Shown piece after piece: positions 9,743 to 17,965 of a DNA stretch of 64,000 bases (the first letter of the stretch is position 1; each line of letters opens with the position of its first letter). The notes beneath the pieces were generated by a model that saw nothing but the letters and a program-made list of their open reading frames with translations, was not told the origin of the DNA and ran no database searches. This DNA comes from an uncultured Candidatus Saccharibacteria bacterium (GTDB taxonomy: Bacteria; Patescibacteriota; Minisyncoccia; Phycocordibacterales; UBA9973), in the NCBI GenBank assembly GCA_964563615.1, contig CAZLWF010000002.1, forward strand, positions 1,859-65,858. Direction: 5' to 3'. The position numbers and the translations under genes are program-made.

Positions 9743-11035
9743 TTATTCCGGCGCAGCTTCGAGCTTGATCTGCACCGTTTTCTCTACCCCTTTTGATAAG
9801 ATTTTGAGCGTCACCGTATCCCCCACTTTTTTATCACGTATCATGAGCGCCAGACTATGATCTTCATCAAGTTTAACGCCATCGAGCTCAAGGATAATAT
9901 CGTTCTCGACGATGCCTACTTTATCAGCCGGTGATCCTGGTATTACCGCCAAGTCATTTTTATCTTCACCCCGTTGAATAAGAACTCCATAGTCAACAGC
10001 AAGTTTATTAGCATCTTTGAGCTCTGGTGTAATCTCTGTATACCTGATACCTAGGTAGGGTCTTATGATTTTGCCAGTTTCTTTGACAGAACTAATAACT
10101 GATTTGACGCTATTGATAGGTAATGCAAAGCCGATATTAGACGAACCTTGCACGACAGCGACATTAATACCAATCACTTGTCCGCGAAGATTGAGGAGTG
10201 GCCCACCAGAGTTACCTGGATTAATAGCTGCATCAGTCTGGATGACGCGATCAAGCTGTTCGCTGGCACCTAAACCATCACCTGCCACAATCGAACGCGA
10301 TAATCCTGACACCACACCAACTGATACAGAATTTTTAAATTCGGCCAACGCATTCCCAATAGCGACCACTGACTGCCCGAGTTCGAGCGAATCAGAATCA
10401 CCAAGCTCAAGATACGGCAACCCACCTATCGGTGCATCAATCTTAATCACTGCAATATCGAGTATTTGGTCACGAGCTAAAACTTTAGCAGTGTATTTTT
10501 TGCCATCATTGGTATAGACAGTGTAGTCTGCATCTTCATCCGCAACAACGTGACGATTGGTCACTACTAACCCATCAGAGGTTATGATAAATCCTGATCC
10601 ACCACCAACTTCTTTCTTCTCGGTACCATTTTGCTTTTGTTGTGGGACTTGCTGTTGGAAGAATTGATTAAAGAAATCATTACTACCAAACATATCACCA
10701 AAAGGATTAGTCGGTGATGGCGAATAATATGTCTCGTAGGTGGGCACGTCTTTGGTGATGGTAATAGACACCACAGCAGGATTAGCACGTTTAACAGCAT
10801 TGACGACAAATGATTCTTCAGTAAATGGCACAGTCGAGCTTCCATCGAAGAGATTTTCATTTGTTTGAGCCATGTAGCTCCCGGCGAGCAAACTAATGAT
10901 TTTCGTACGATTACCCCAAAGGAGACCCCCGACAATCACCATCACGACAAGTGTCGTTGCGAGAGCAACAAGTCCCATTTCGATGTATTTTTTTGGTAAT
11001 GGTTTTATTTTAAATTCTCGTGGGTTCGTAGACAT
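9743..11035 (-). CDS. htrA: HtrA/DegP-family serine protease with PDZ domain
   Basis: GGGSGFII, VTNRHVV, DIAVIKI, IQTDAAINPGNSGGPL, and a PDZ segment GSPADKVG. Confidence 0.96.
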   Translation of the reverse strand: MSTNPREFKIKPLPKKYIEMGLVALATTLVVMVIVGGLLWGNRTKIISLLAGSYMAQTNENLFDGSSTVPFTEESFVVNAVKRANPAVVSITITKDVPTYETYYSPSPTNPFGDMFGSNDFFNQFFQQQVPQQKQNGTEKKEVGGGSGFIITSDGLVVTNRHVVADEDADYTVYTNDGKKYTAKVLARDQILDIAVIKIDAPIGGLPYLELGDSDSLELGQSVVAIGNALAEFKNSVSVGVVSGLSRSIVAGDGLGASEQLDRVIQTDAAINPGNSGGPLLNLRGQVIGINVAVVQGSSNIGFALPINSVKSVISSVKETGKIIRPYLGIRYTEITPELKDANKLAVDYGVLIQRGEDKNDLAVIPGSPADKVGIVENDIILELDGVKLDEDHSLALMIRDKKVGDTVTLKILSKGVEKTVQIKLEAAPE

Positions 11036-11088
11036 ATATTCTATATTTTAATTGAGGCTTATAATCTGTCAATTTTAATTTAAAAAGA

Positions 11089-11895
11089 TTAAGACTTCAT
11101 GAAGAAACGGTTCGATTTGATTTCAATAAAACCATCGTTAGTAAGTCCAGTAATGATTTTTGTAATGCGTGCTTTATTTTCATTTGTTTTAGTAATAATA
11201 CTCTCTAATGTTTCAGATTTCTGAAGTAGAAGTTTAAGTATGGCGCCACGGATTTTCCTATCAGATCCTTGGAATTTTGATTGTTTAGTATAGTACCTGG
11301 TTTTATTGAGATACCCTTTCCCTTCCCGCTTGAGCATTGCACCATAGTCCATGAGTGCTTGATACCACTCACGCAGATTTTCCAAGTACATAACGTTCTC
11401 TCCCATAGTGAGAAGTTCCTTGTCAGTTATTTTTGTTTTGCGATCAGTAAAGAAAAAGTGAATATATACTGAGCGGATATTCGTCTCGATGAAATTGTCA
11501 GGCTCATTAAAAGCAAATGCCCGTATTGCACCTGCGGTATATGGACCAATAGCTGGAAGTGCGACCAGAGCTTCTTTGGATCTCGGCACTTTACCAGCAT
11601 GTTCCAAGACAATTGCTTTCACTGCTCTATGTAAATTGAGTGCACGGCGATTGTATCCGAGACCACTCCAGAGCATGAGGACATCTTTTTGTGATGCATG
11701 TGCTAAGGCATGAACGGTTGGGAACTTTTTGATAAAGGCATTGAATTTAGGCACGACACGATCTGCCTGAGTTTGCTGCAACATAACTTCAGATACTAGA
11801 ATTTTATATGGATTGTGAGTTTGGCGCCAAGGAAACTTCCGTCCATGAGTCCTATAATAATCTAAAATTGTTTTCTGAAATATTTTCACCTTCAT
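11089..11895 (-). CDS. mutY: A/G-specific adenine glycosylase MutY-like, lacking Fe-S cysteines
   Basis: FPWRQTHNPYKILVSEVMLQQTQ, WSGLGYNRRA, HhH motif LPAIGPYTA, ALMDYGA. Start at ATG 11895. Confidence 0.88.
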   Translation of the reverse strand: MKVKIFQKTILDYYRTHGRKFPWRQTHNPYKILVSEVMLQQTQADRVVPKFNAFIKKFPTVHALAHASQKDVLMLWSGLGYNRRALNLHRAVKAIVLEHAGKVPRSKEALVALPAIGPYTAGAIRAFAFNEPDNFIETNIRSVYIHFFFTDRKTKITDKELLTMGENVMYLENLREWYQALMDYGAMLKREGKGYLNKTRYYTKQSKFQGSDRKIRGAILKLLLQKSETLESIITKTNENKARITKIITGLTNDGFIEIKSNRFFMKS

Positions 11896-12051
11896 ACGAG
11901 GAGTGTAACATAAAAAGTAAGGCAAAATTTCTAAAATTTATTTTGGAAGTAATGTATATTTTGATATACTTTTTCTTGCTGCTCGAACTAAGTAGAGCAC
12001 ACATTGGTTAGTGCGACCGTCCATTTCGATGGGTTTGTCAATCTCACCGAG

Positions 12052-12084
12052 ACCGTCCCGATAAAAACTCCGGGGCGGTTTTTT
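12052..12084 (+). terminator. Intrinsic terminator / possible attenuator
   Basis: ACCGTCCCG...CGGGGCGGT followed by a T run. Confidence 0.7.
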
Positions 12085-12137
12085 ATGACATATTTTGAAT
12101 TTATGAAACCAAGTAGTACAATGACTGAAAAAAAATA

Positions 12138-12389
12138 ATGGCAACATTTTTCTTAAACGATACTCAGGCAAATGATTATTTTACAAAAGAGATCAGGCAC
12201 ATACTATCATTACCTGAAGATACCGAAGCAAATCAGAGATTCGCGAACTTATTGAGTGAATACCCGTCTTCACAGAAAATTGTATTGCTTTGGAATACAA
12301 CACATGAGTTGTCATATCAATGCAACCCACCACAATACCGTACCAAGAAAATATTCAATATGATTATTGGTAAAGTAAGAAGCAAATGA
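12138..12389 (+). CDS. Hypothetical protein
   Basis: 83-aa ORF followed by a terminator-like AGCCCA...TGGGCTTTTT. No motif recognised. Confidence 0.45.
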   Translation: MATFFLNDTQANDYFTKEIRHILSLPEDTEANQRFANLLSEYPSSQKIVLLWNTTHELSYQCNPPQYRTKKIFNMIIGKVRSK

Positions 12390-12481
12390 CATTACGAGTA
12401 GAGACAAATTTACCAGCCCATTATTATGTGGGCTTTTTATTTTCTTGAAAAAAAGCCTCTTTTCCTGTATGGTTGACCTAT

Positions 12482-12552
12482 TGCGGGATCGTCTAATGGT
12501 AGGACTACGGTTTCTGGAACCGTGTATCTTGGTTCGAGTCCAAGTCCCGCAG
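12482..12552 (+). tRNA. tRNA-Gln (CTG)
   Basis: TGCGGGA/TCCCGCA acceptor, ACGGT-TTCTGGA-ACCGT anticodon arm, CTTGG-TTCGAGT-CCAAG T arm. No encoded CCA. Confidence 0.95.
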
Positions 12553-12618
12553 CTCGTAAGTTTGGTATAATTAAGTTATTAAGAAGTATTGTTTTTAAAA
12601 TGAATTACTATTCTGAAA

Positions 12619-13269
12619 ATGGAAACTACACAAAAAATTAATGAACATCTAGAGCCAGTTTTTAAGGAAGTATTGCCTGCAATCTCTAATACTGGAATCA
12701 AATACTGGGTATTTGGAGGTGTTGGAGTAGCAGGGATAAATGGAAAATATATAAGAGAGAATCAAGATATAGACATTTATGTTCAAGAAGAGGATTTTTG
12801 GAAACTTGAACCAATACTGAAGGATCTTGTAGAAAAGCACGGGGCATGGGATGGGGATAATTGGACACTGACTTATTCAATGCTGAAAAGACATAAGCGT
12901 CCTAAATTTGCCTTGAATATAAAGAAAGTAGAGCGCTTCGAAGTTATTCCAGTTTATAGAATTCCTGGAGGTATAGAAGTCAGGGTTACAGATCCGACGA
13001 CTTTATCTGAGGATGCTCTTATTCAGGAAGAAAAATATTTAGATGGACAGCAATTCTTTTCGGCGCCGAAGAGTGTAATGAAAAAAATACTTAGAGATAT
13101 GGTGGAAGTATGTATTAAAAACTATAACAAAACCGAGCATATTAAAGAGGATAATAAATATTATAAATATATAGTGGATATGCGTTCTTTGTTCCCTGAA
13201 GACGTTGTCCGTGATGTAATAGAAAGGTTTAATAAAAAGGCTGATGAAAACAAGAGTAAACAGAGTTAG
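12619..13269 (+). CDS. Nucleotidyltransferase (ANT(2'')/Lnu-like Pol-beta fold)
   Basis: YWVFGGVGVAG...RENQDIDIYV matches the GG...R.H.DID signature. Confidence 0.7.
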   Translation: METTQKINEHLEPVFKEVLPAISNTGIKYWVFGGVGVAGINGKYIRENQDIDIYVQEEDFWKLEPILKDLVEKHGAWDGDNWTLTYSMLKRHKRPKFALNIKKVERFEVIPVYRIPGGIEVRVTDPTTLSEDALIQEEKYLDGQQFFSAPKSVMKKILRDMVEVCIKNYNKTEHIKEDNKYYKYIVDMRSLFPEDVVRDVIERFNKKADENKSKQS

Positions 13270-13350
13270 GTCGTAGGTCTTTGGCTTAAAAAGGTTCCAA
13301 CTTCGCCCCAGACGGCCAGCAAATAAGTTTTGATATAATCAAAATACGAA

Positions 13351-13704
13351 ATGAAATATTGGATCACAAGACTTTCCCATCCTCTCCGTGGACTAAAATA
13401 TGCTTTTACCCGCGACTTCGCTGTCCGCTTTGAAACAATTGTGTTTGGAATTATTGGAATACCAACTGTATACTTCTTGTTCGGACCATTATCGGCTCAA
13501 GAACTCCTGCTCCTTATATTTTGTTGGTTTTTCATTGTAGTTACCGAAATCCAAAATACAGCTATCGAAATAGCTCTTACAAAACTTCACCCCGAACACG
13601 ATGAAGCAATCGGTCGAAGTAAAGATTTGTCTTCTGGAGCCGTGGTAGTGGCATTCATATTTGGGTTAATTAGCCTCGCCTTTGTAGTTAGTGGCAAGCT
13701 GTAA
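13351..13704 (+). CDS. dgkA: Diacylglycerol/undecaprenol kinase family protein
   Basis: LRGLKYAF...EIQNTAIE...IGRSKDLSSGAV, with three TM helices. Confidence 0.88.
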   Translation: MKYWITRLSHPLRGLKYAFTRDFAVRFETIVFGIIGIPTVYFLFGPLSAQELLLLIFCWFFIVVTEIQNTAIEIALTKLHPEHDEAIGRSKDLSSGAVVVAFIFGLISLAFVVSGKL

Positions 13705-13766
13705 AAATGTCTCAACTTCTCAAAACAGCCAACAAACACATTTTAAACTAGTTCTCTGATACAATA

Positions 13767-14555
13767 TTGGGAATGTACTCAATTGGCATAGATCAAAATA
13801 GAGTTCTAATTCGAGAAGCATCTCCTGAAAAGATTACAGGCAGGTGGAGAGAAGTCGTTGATGAAATTATAGAAACGTGTAAAGAATATTTGGATTCTCA
13901 TCTTATTTCCTTATATATTGGGGGCAGTGTTGCCCATGGAAGCGCCACAGAAAATAAATCTGATGTAGATTCATATGCAATAGTAAATTTAACCAGAGAT
14001 GAGATTACAGATGCTTACAATAATTGGGTAGGAAGCGAGAAAAAAAGGATTGACATACTTTTCCCTTTCCAGCGAGGAGTAGAGATACATCTTATTCCCA
14101 TATCTCAAATCGGTGAGTCCAAGAAATTTCAAATGAAAGTTTTCTCAACTTTGGTTTATGGAAAAGATTTTGATATGGAACTTCCAGAGTATAAGCTTGA
14201 TAAAGAAACAATTGGCCAAATAAGAGTTAATCTCGGTAGAGACATAGAAATTGCACGGAAAGAATTGAGTGACGCAAATGACCCCAAGGAAATCAAGAAA
14301 ATAAGTGCATGGATTTCAAAGCGACTTATCCGTAGTGCTGGCATGATGTGTATATGGGGAGGAAATATCTTTACAATGGATATTCCCTTTCTTGTAGAAA
14401 TGTTTACATCCTATTATCCACAACAGGCCGAGCATTTACATAAGCTCCTTGAATATACAGAAAATCCGAGCTCAGAAAAACAACTAATGATTAATCTTTT
14501 TGATTCATTTGGAGTTTGGTTGATAGAGGAAGATAAGAAGATTTTTCAAGCTTAG
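13767..14555 (+). CDS. Nucleotidyltransferase domain protein
   Basis: SLYIGGSVAHGSATENKSDVD fits GS-x-G-x-SDxD, followed by a helical C-terminal domain. Confidence 0.75.
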   Translation: MGMYSIGIDQNRVLIREASPEKITGRWREVVDEIIETCKEYLDSHLISLYIGGSVAHGSATENKSDVDSYAIVNLTRDEITDAYNNWVGSEKKRIDILFPFQRGVEIHLIPISQIGESKKFQMKVFSTLVYGKDFDMELPEYKLDKETIGQIRVNLGRDIEIARKELSDANDPKEIKKISAWISKRLIRSAGMMCIWGGNIFTMDIPFLVEMFTSYYPQQAEHLHKLLEYTENPSSEKQLMINLFDSFGVWLIEEDKKIFQA

Positions 14556-14605
14556 TCTTATTAATAAAATTTTAATATTTATCAAACTACAACAAAAAAA
14601 TATCC

Positions 14606-15040
14606 ATGGCCGAAATAAAAACAAAAGTGAATAAGGCGAGCGTAAAGAAATTTTTGAATACAATCAAAGATGCAGAAAAGCGCAAAGATTGTTTTGCAAT
14701 TTCAGAAATGATGGAGAAAGCAACTAAAGCTAAACCAGAAATGTGGGGCGCATCGATCGTCGGCTTTGGTCGCAGGAAATATACCTATGCAAATGGTAAA
14801 GAAGCAGAATGGATGGTGATCGGTTTTTCCCCACGCAAACAAAACATTGCTCTCTATGGTTTAAAGGTTTTTACCATGACGCATGGTGGTTTAAAAGAAA
14901 AGAAAGGAGAAAATGATTTCCTCTTAAAATTAGGCAAGTACAAAGAAGGTGGAGGGTGCCTCTACATCAACAAGCTTTCTGATATTAATACGAAAGAACT
15001 AGAGAAAATTATCAAACTTGCAGCAAAGCGCAAGAAATAA
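14606..15040 (+). CDS. DUF1801 (YdhG-like) protein
   Basis: MWGASIVGFG..Y.Y, GFSPRKQNIALY, LGKYK.GGGCLYINKLSDI. Confidence 0.85.
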   Translation: MAEIKTKVNKASVKKFLNTIKDAEKRKDCFAISEMMEKATKAKPEMWGASIVGFGRRKYTYANGKEAEWMVIGFSPRKQNIALYGLKVFTMTHGGLKEKKGENDFLLKLGKYKEGGGCLYINKLSDINTKELEKIIKLAAKRKK

Positions 15041-15053
15041 GAGTTTGAACTAT

Positions 15054-15465
15054 ATGGAAAATGATTTTCATGGGGTAAAGATCGCCCTACTCGTTGGTGA
15101 CAAAATTTTAATGCATCTTAGGGATAACAAGCCTGGATTGTTTAATGCCAATATGTGGGATTTTGTAGGCGGAGGAAGTAGAAGGAACAGAGAGTTCCCG
15201 AGAATGCGCTATCCGTGAAGTACAGGAAGAACTTGGTATAGCCCTATCACCTCAATCTTTTCTTTGGGAAAAAGTATATCCAGCCCAAAAAGATCCAAAT
15301 CAAAAAGCAGTATTCATGGTTGCCAAAATTACTGAAGCAGATATACATGGAATAGTTTTAACTGAAGGTCAAAAATGGGAGCTTTTCGATCAAGATACAT
15401 TTTTTGTAAAGGAAGATGTAATCCCAGCTTTAAAAACTAGATTTAATGATTATTTGGCAACGTAA
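15054..15465 (+). pseudogene. NUDIX hydrolase interrupted by a +1 frameshift
   Basis: MENDFHG...WDFVGGG, then one extra A at ~15177. The next frame continues VEGTESSRECAIREVQEELG (Nudix box) to TAA 15463-15465. Confidence 0.85.
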
Positions 15466-16195
15466 GCATCGTCCCATTATTCATTTTTTCCCAAGTAAAA
15501 CCCTGTATATCTAGTGCTTCAGAACAGAGGATCGTCATAGCATTTTTTGTGCCTTTGTAAAAAGTATAGTATTCATCTAATTTGAGGGCATCACGTTCAG
15601 GATCTTTTTCGTTCCATAAATAGTGAAGTATAGTACCCTCTTTGGTTTTGAGTAAACATGTTAGGGATGTCCATTCACTAATCTTTTGAATTTCGATAAC
15701 TTCATCCTTAATCGCCTTTTCAAACATAGCGAGACTACCATCCCCCAATTGGCCATCTATGCGATCAAGAATGCGCAAAAAGAAAGTTTCAGAATCCGTA
15801 TGACCTTCACGCAAGTGCCTATCGTTAGTAAAAACCGTACTTTTAAAAGCATGTATCGAGCCATTGTGGCAAAAGCATATGCCGGAACGCAGGAAAGGGT
15901 GTGTATTACAAATAGCTTTGGTGCCGACGGTAGCTTTGCGCAAATGAGCGATCACCTGCCCATCACCTGAAACAGATTTAGCCGATGAAATAACTATCTC
16001 TCCATCAATAGGTTCAATTGAGCGGATATATACTTCATGCGCTTTGTTTGAGCTATGTATACCCCAACCATCTTGGTGCCCAGGCTCAATACCGCACGGC
16101 ACGCAACCTTTGTCTGCTAACACAGCAAATGCCATAAGAGCATCTCGGTACTCCTGGCTGTCTGTATTTCCACTAAAAGCAAATAATCTACACAT
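15443..16195 (-). CDS. Class II glutamine amidotransferase / Ntn-hydrolase (YafJ/EgtC/Dug3-like)
   Basis: N-terminal MCRLF (Cys2 nucleophile), HQDGWG, AHLRKATVG, NTHPF, HNG, TDSE. Confidence 0.92.
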   Translation of the reverse strand: MCRLFAFSGNTDSQEYRDALMAFAVLADKGCVPCGIEPGHQDGWGIHSSNKAHEVYIRSIEPIDGEIVISSAKSVSGDGQVIAHLRKATVGTKAICNTHPFLRSGICFCHNGSIHAFKSTVFTNDRHLREGHTDSETFFLRILDRIDGQLGDGSLAMFEKAIKDEVIEIQKISEWTSLTCLLKTKEGTILHYLWNEKDPERDALKLDEYYTFYKGTKNAMTILCSEALDIQGFTWEKMNNGTMLTLPNNH

Positions 16196-16246
16196 AGGTT
16201 TGAGTATAGCAAAAAAGCACGAATATCAAATTCGTGCTTTTAAATT

Positions 16247-17278
16247 CTATATAACAACAAGCGGCCCACAAACAGCATCAGAGGCACCATGAATTTTACG
16301 GCAGTTGGGCCTCGCTTCCCATTGCCCACCAATCACTTTGTATGCTCTACTCGCCATATCAAATACTAAATAACATCTCCTGATCATAGCGTATTCAGTT
16401 GGTAGGAATCCTGGCGATTCTGGTTCATAATAGTTCTGTAAATACTCTACTCTAAGATGTGCAATAGCATCTTCAATTTTTTTCCTTGTTGAAAATCCAT
16501 TGGTTGGCTTTTTAGGGTGATAGAGGTGTACATTTTCACAACGGCATCCAAATCCTGGCTTCACAACAAATGGTTTATCCCATGGAACTTTTCCTTCTAT
16601 TCTGTATCCACCACCTTCAGATAAAGGCACTTCAATTGTTGAATGTTTTATTTCACTCCATAGCCCTAATTTCACACCATATGATTTATCTCCTTCGTAC
16701 TCGATAGTCGTAAGTGAATACGGAGACATTGCATAGTACTCTTTCTCATCTCGGAGTGTTCGTACAAACCAAATTGTATCTTCTGGATTTGTAGGTACTT
16801 CACCAAAAACCATACGCACGTCGAGTAAATCGAAATCTTTGAACCTTTGTACCCAGAAGAAATCATCTGAGTTAAACATGCGTTCTTGCGACACACAAAT
16901 ACCGAGTGGCTTATTGGCATATCCGCTTATGTTCCTTAGTGTCTCCACAAAAGCTTGGAAGGCTTTTGCTGATGCTAATGCATCGATTTCAAAACCTGCC
17001 GGTCTATCTTCGATTTCATACACATTAACCTTGCCCTCAAAGCTAACAGTGTAGTCGACCCGAATAACGACACTTGGCACCCCAAATACGTCAGTCATCC
17101 AATTTGCATGTTTTGGATTAAAAGCTACTGGCCACTGATTAGCAAGTGACTCCAATTGGCTTTTTTCTGATGCATAGATTGGGACTTCAATTGGTAAAAT
17201 TCGTATCTTCCAATTGCCTACAGTAAATGTTTTAACAATTTCCGGTAGAAATGATGGTCTGCTAGTTGTTTTTTGCAT
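16247..17278 (-). CDS. Putative circularly permuted ATP-grasp peptide ligase (glutathionylspermidine-synthetase-like)
   Basis: IRVDY...VNVYEIEDRPAG near the N-terminus, then FVVKPGFGCRCENVHLY and YLQNYYE later. This order fits the permuted ATP-grasp fold. Confidence 0.6.
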   Translation of the reverse strand: MQKTTSRPSFLPEIVKTFTVGNWKIRILPIEVPIYASEKSQLESLANQWPVAFNPKHANWMTDVFGVPSVVIRVDYTVSFEGKVNVYEIEDRPAGFEIDALASAKAFQAFVETLRNISGYANKPLGICVSQERMFNSDDFFWVQRFKDFDLLDVRMVFGEVPTNPEDTIWFVRTLRDEKEYYAMSPYSLTTIEYEGDKSYGVKLGLWSEIKHSTIEVPLSEGGGYRIEGKVPWDKPFVVKPGFGCRCENVHLYHPKKPTNGFSTRKKIEDAIAHLRVEYLQNYYEPESPGFLPTEYAMIRRCYLVFDMASRAYKVIGGQWEARPNCRKIHGASDAVCGPLVVI

Positions 17279-17319
17279 AGCTATTTTTTAAAGAACATGA
17301 TGTTTTATGTATGGGACAC

Positions 17320-17353
17320 AAAACAAAACCCCCTCCATGACTTGGAGGAGGTT
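17320..17353 (-). terminator. Intrinsic terminator (attenuator) upstream of the ATP-grasp gene
   Basis: Minus strand AACCTCCTCCA-AGTCA-TGGAGGGGGTT-TTGTTTT. Confidence 0.8.
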
Positions 17354-17379
17354 AGTGTAAATAGATATAGATTACACAA

Positions 17380-17454
17380 TTAACAACAATCCACTCCGAG
17401 CCATGTTCCGGGTAGACATCGATACCAAACAAATTGTGTAAACGTTAAATGCAT
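17380..17454 (-). CDS. Putative 24-aa leader peptide MHLTFTQFVWYRCLPGTWLGVDCC
   Basis: Short ATG-TAA ORF between a promoter-like TTGCAT...TGGTATATA and the terminator. Confidence 0.55.
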   Translation of the reverse strand: MHLTFTQFVWYRCLPGTWLGVDCC

Positions 17455-17550
17455 ACTTTATATATACCACAGTGTGTATTTGCATGCAATGCAAATTAGT
17501 CTGTCAATGTTCGAGCAGATAGTACGAAATTCTGCTACAATCCAAACTAT

Positions 17551-17964
17551 ATGAAAATCGGCATTATTGGCAGCATGCAATATACAGAGAAAATGCTTGA
17601 ACTTAGAGCGAAGCTTATTGGACTTGGCCATGATGCCTTTATAACTGAACTACACCAACCTTTTATTGGGAAAACTGACGAAGAGATAGAGATTATTAAA
17701 ATAGACCAGAAAAATAACAAAGATGCTATTAGAGTTTTTTGGCGTGAAATGCAAGGAGCGGATGCTGTTCTTGTAGCTAATTATGATAAAAATAACATTA
17801 AAAACTACATTGGCGGTAATACACTTATGGAAATCGGCTTTGCTCATGTGCTTAATCAGAAAATATTTCTCTTAAACCCTATTCCCGATATTGCATTCTA
17901 CAAAACTGAAATTGAAGCAATGAAGCCAATTATTATCCATGGCGACGTAAGCCTCATCAATTAA
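17551..17964 (+). CDS. Nucleoside 2-deoxyribosyltransferase-like protein
   Basis: IGIIGSM, ADAVLVAN, YIGGNTLMEIGFAHVLNQKIFL. Confidence 0.65.
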   Translation: MKIGIIGSMQYTEKMLELRAKLIGLGHDAFITELHQPFIGKTDEEIEIIKIDQKNNKDAIRVFWREMQGADAVLVANYDKNNIKNYIGGNTLMEIGFAHVLNQKIFLLNPIPDIAFYKTEIEAMKPIIIHGDVSLIN

Positions 17965-17965
17965 T

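Noticed and set aside
12005-12042. c-di-GMP-I riboswitch-like GACAAACCCATCGAAATGG on the minus strand
   Set aside because: Only a partial P2 resemblance. The GCAAAGC/P3 part is missing, and the promoter and terminator point to the plus strand.
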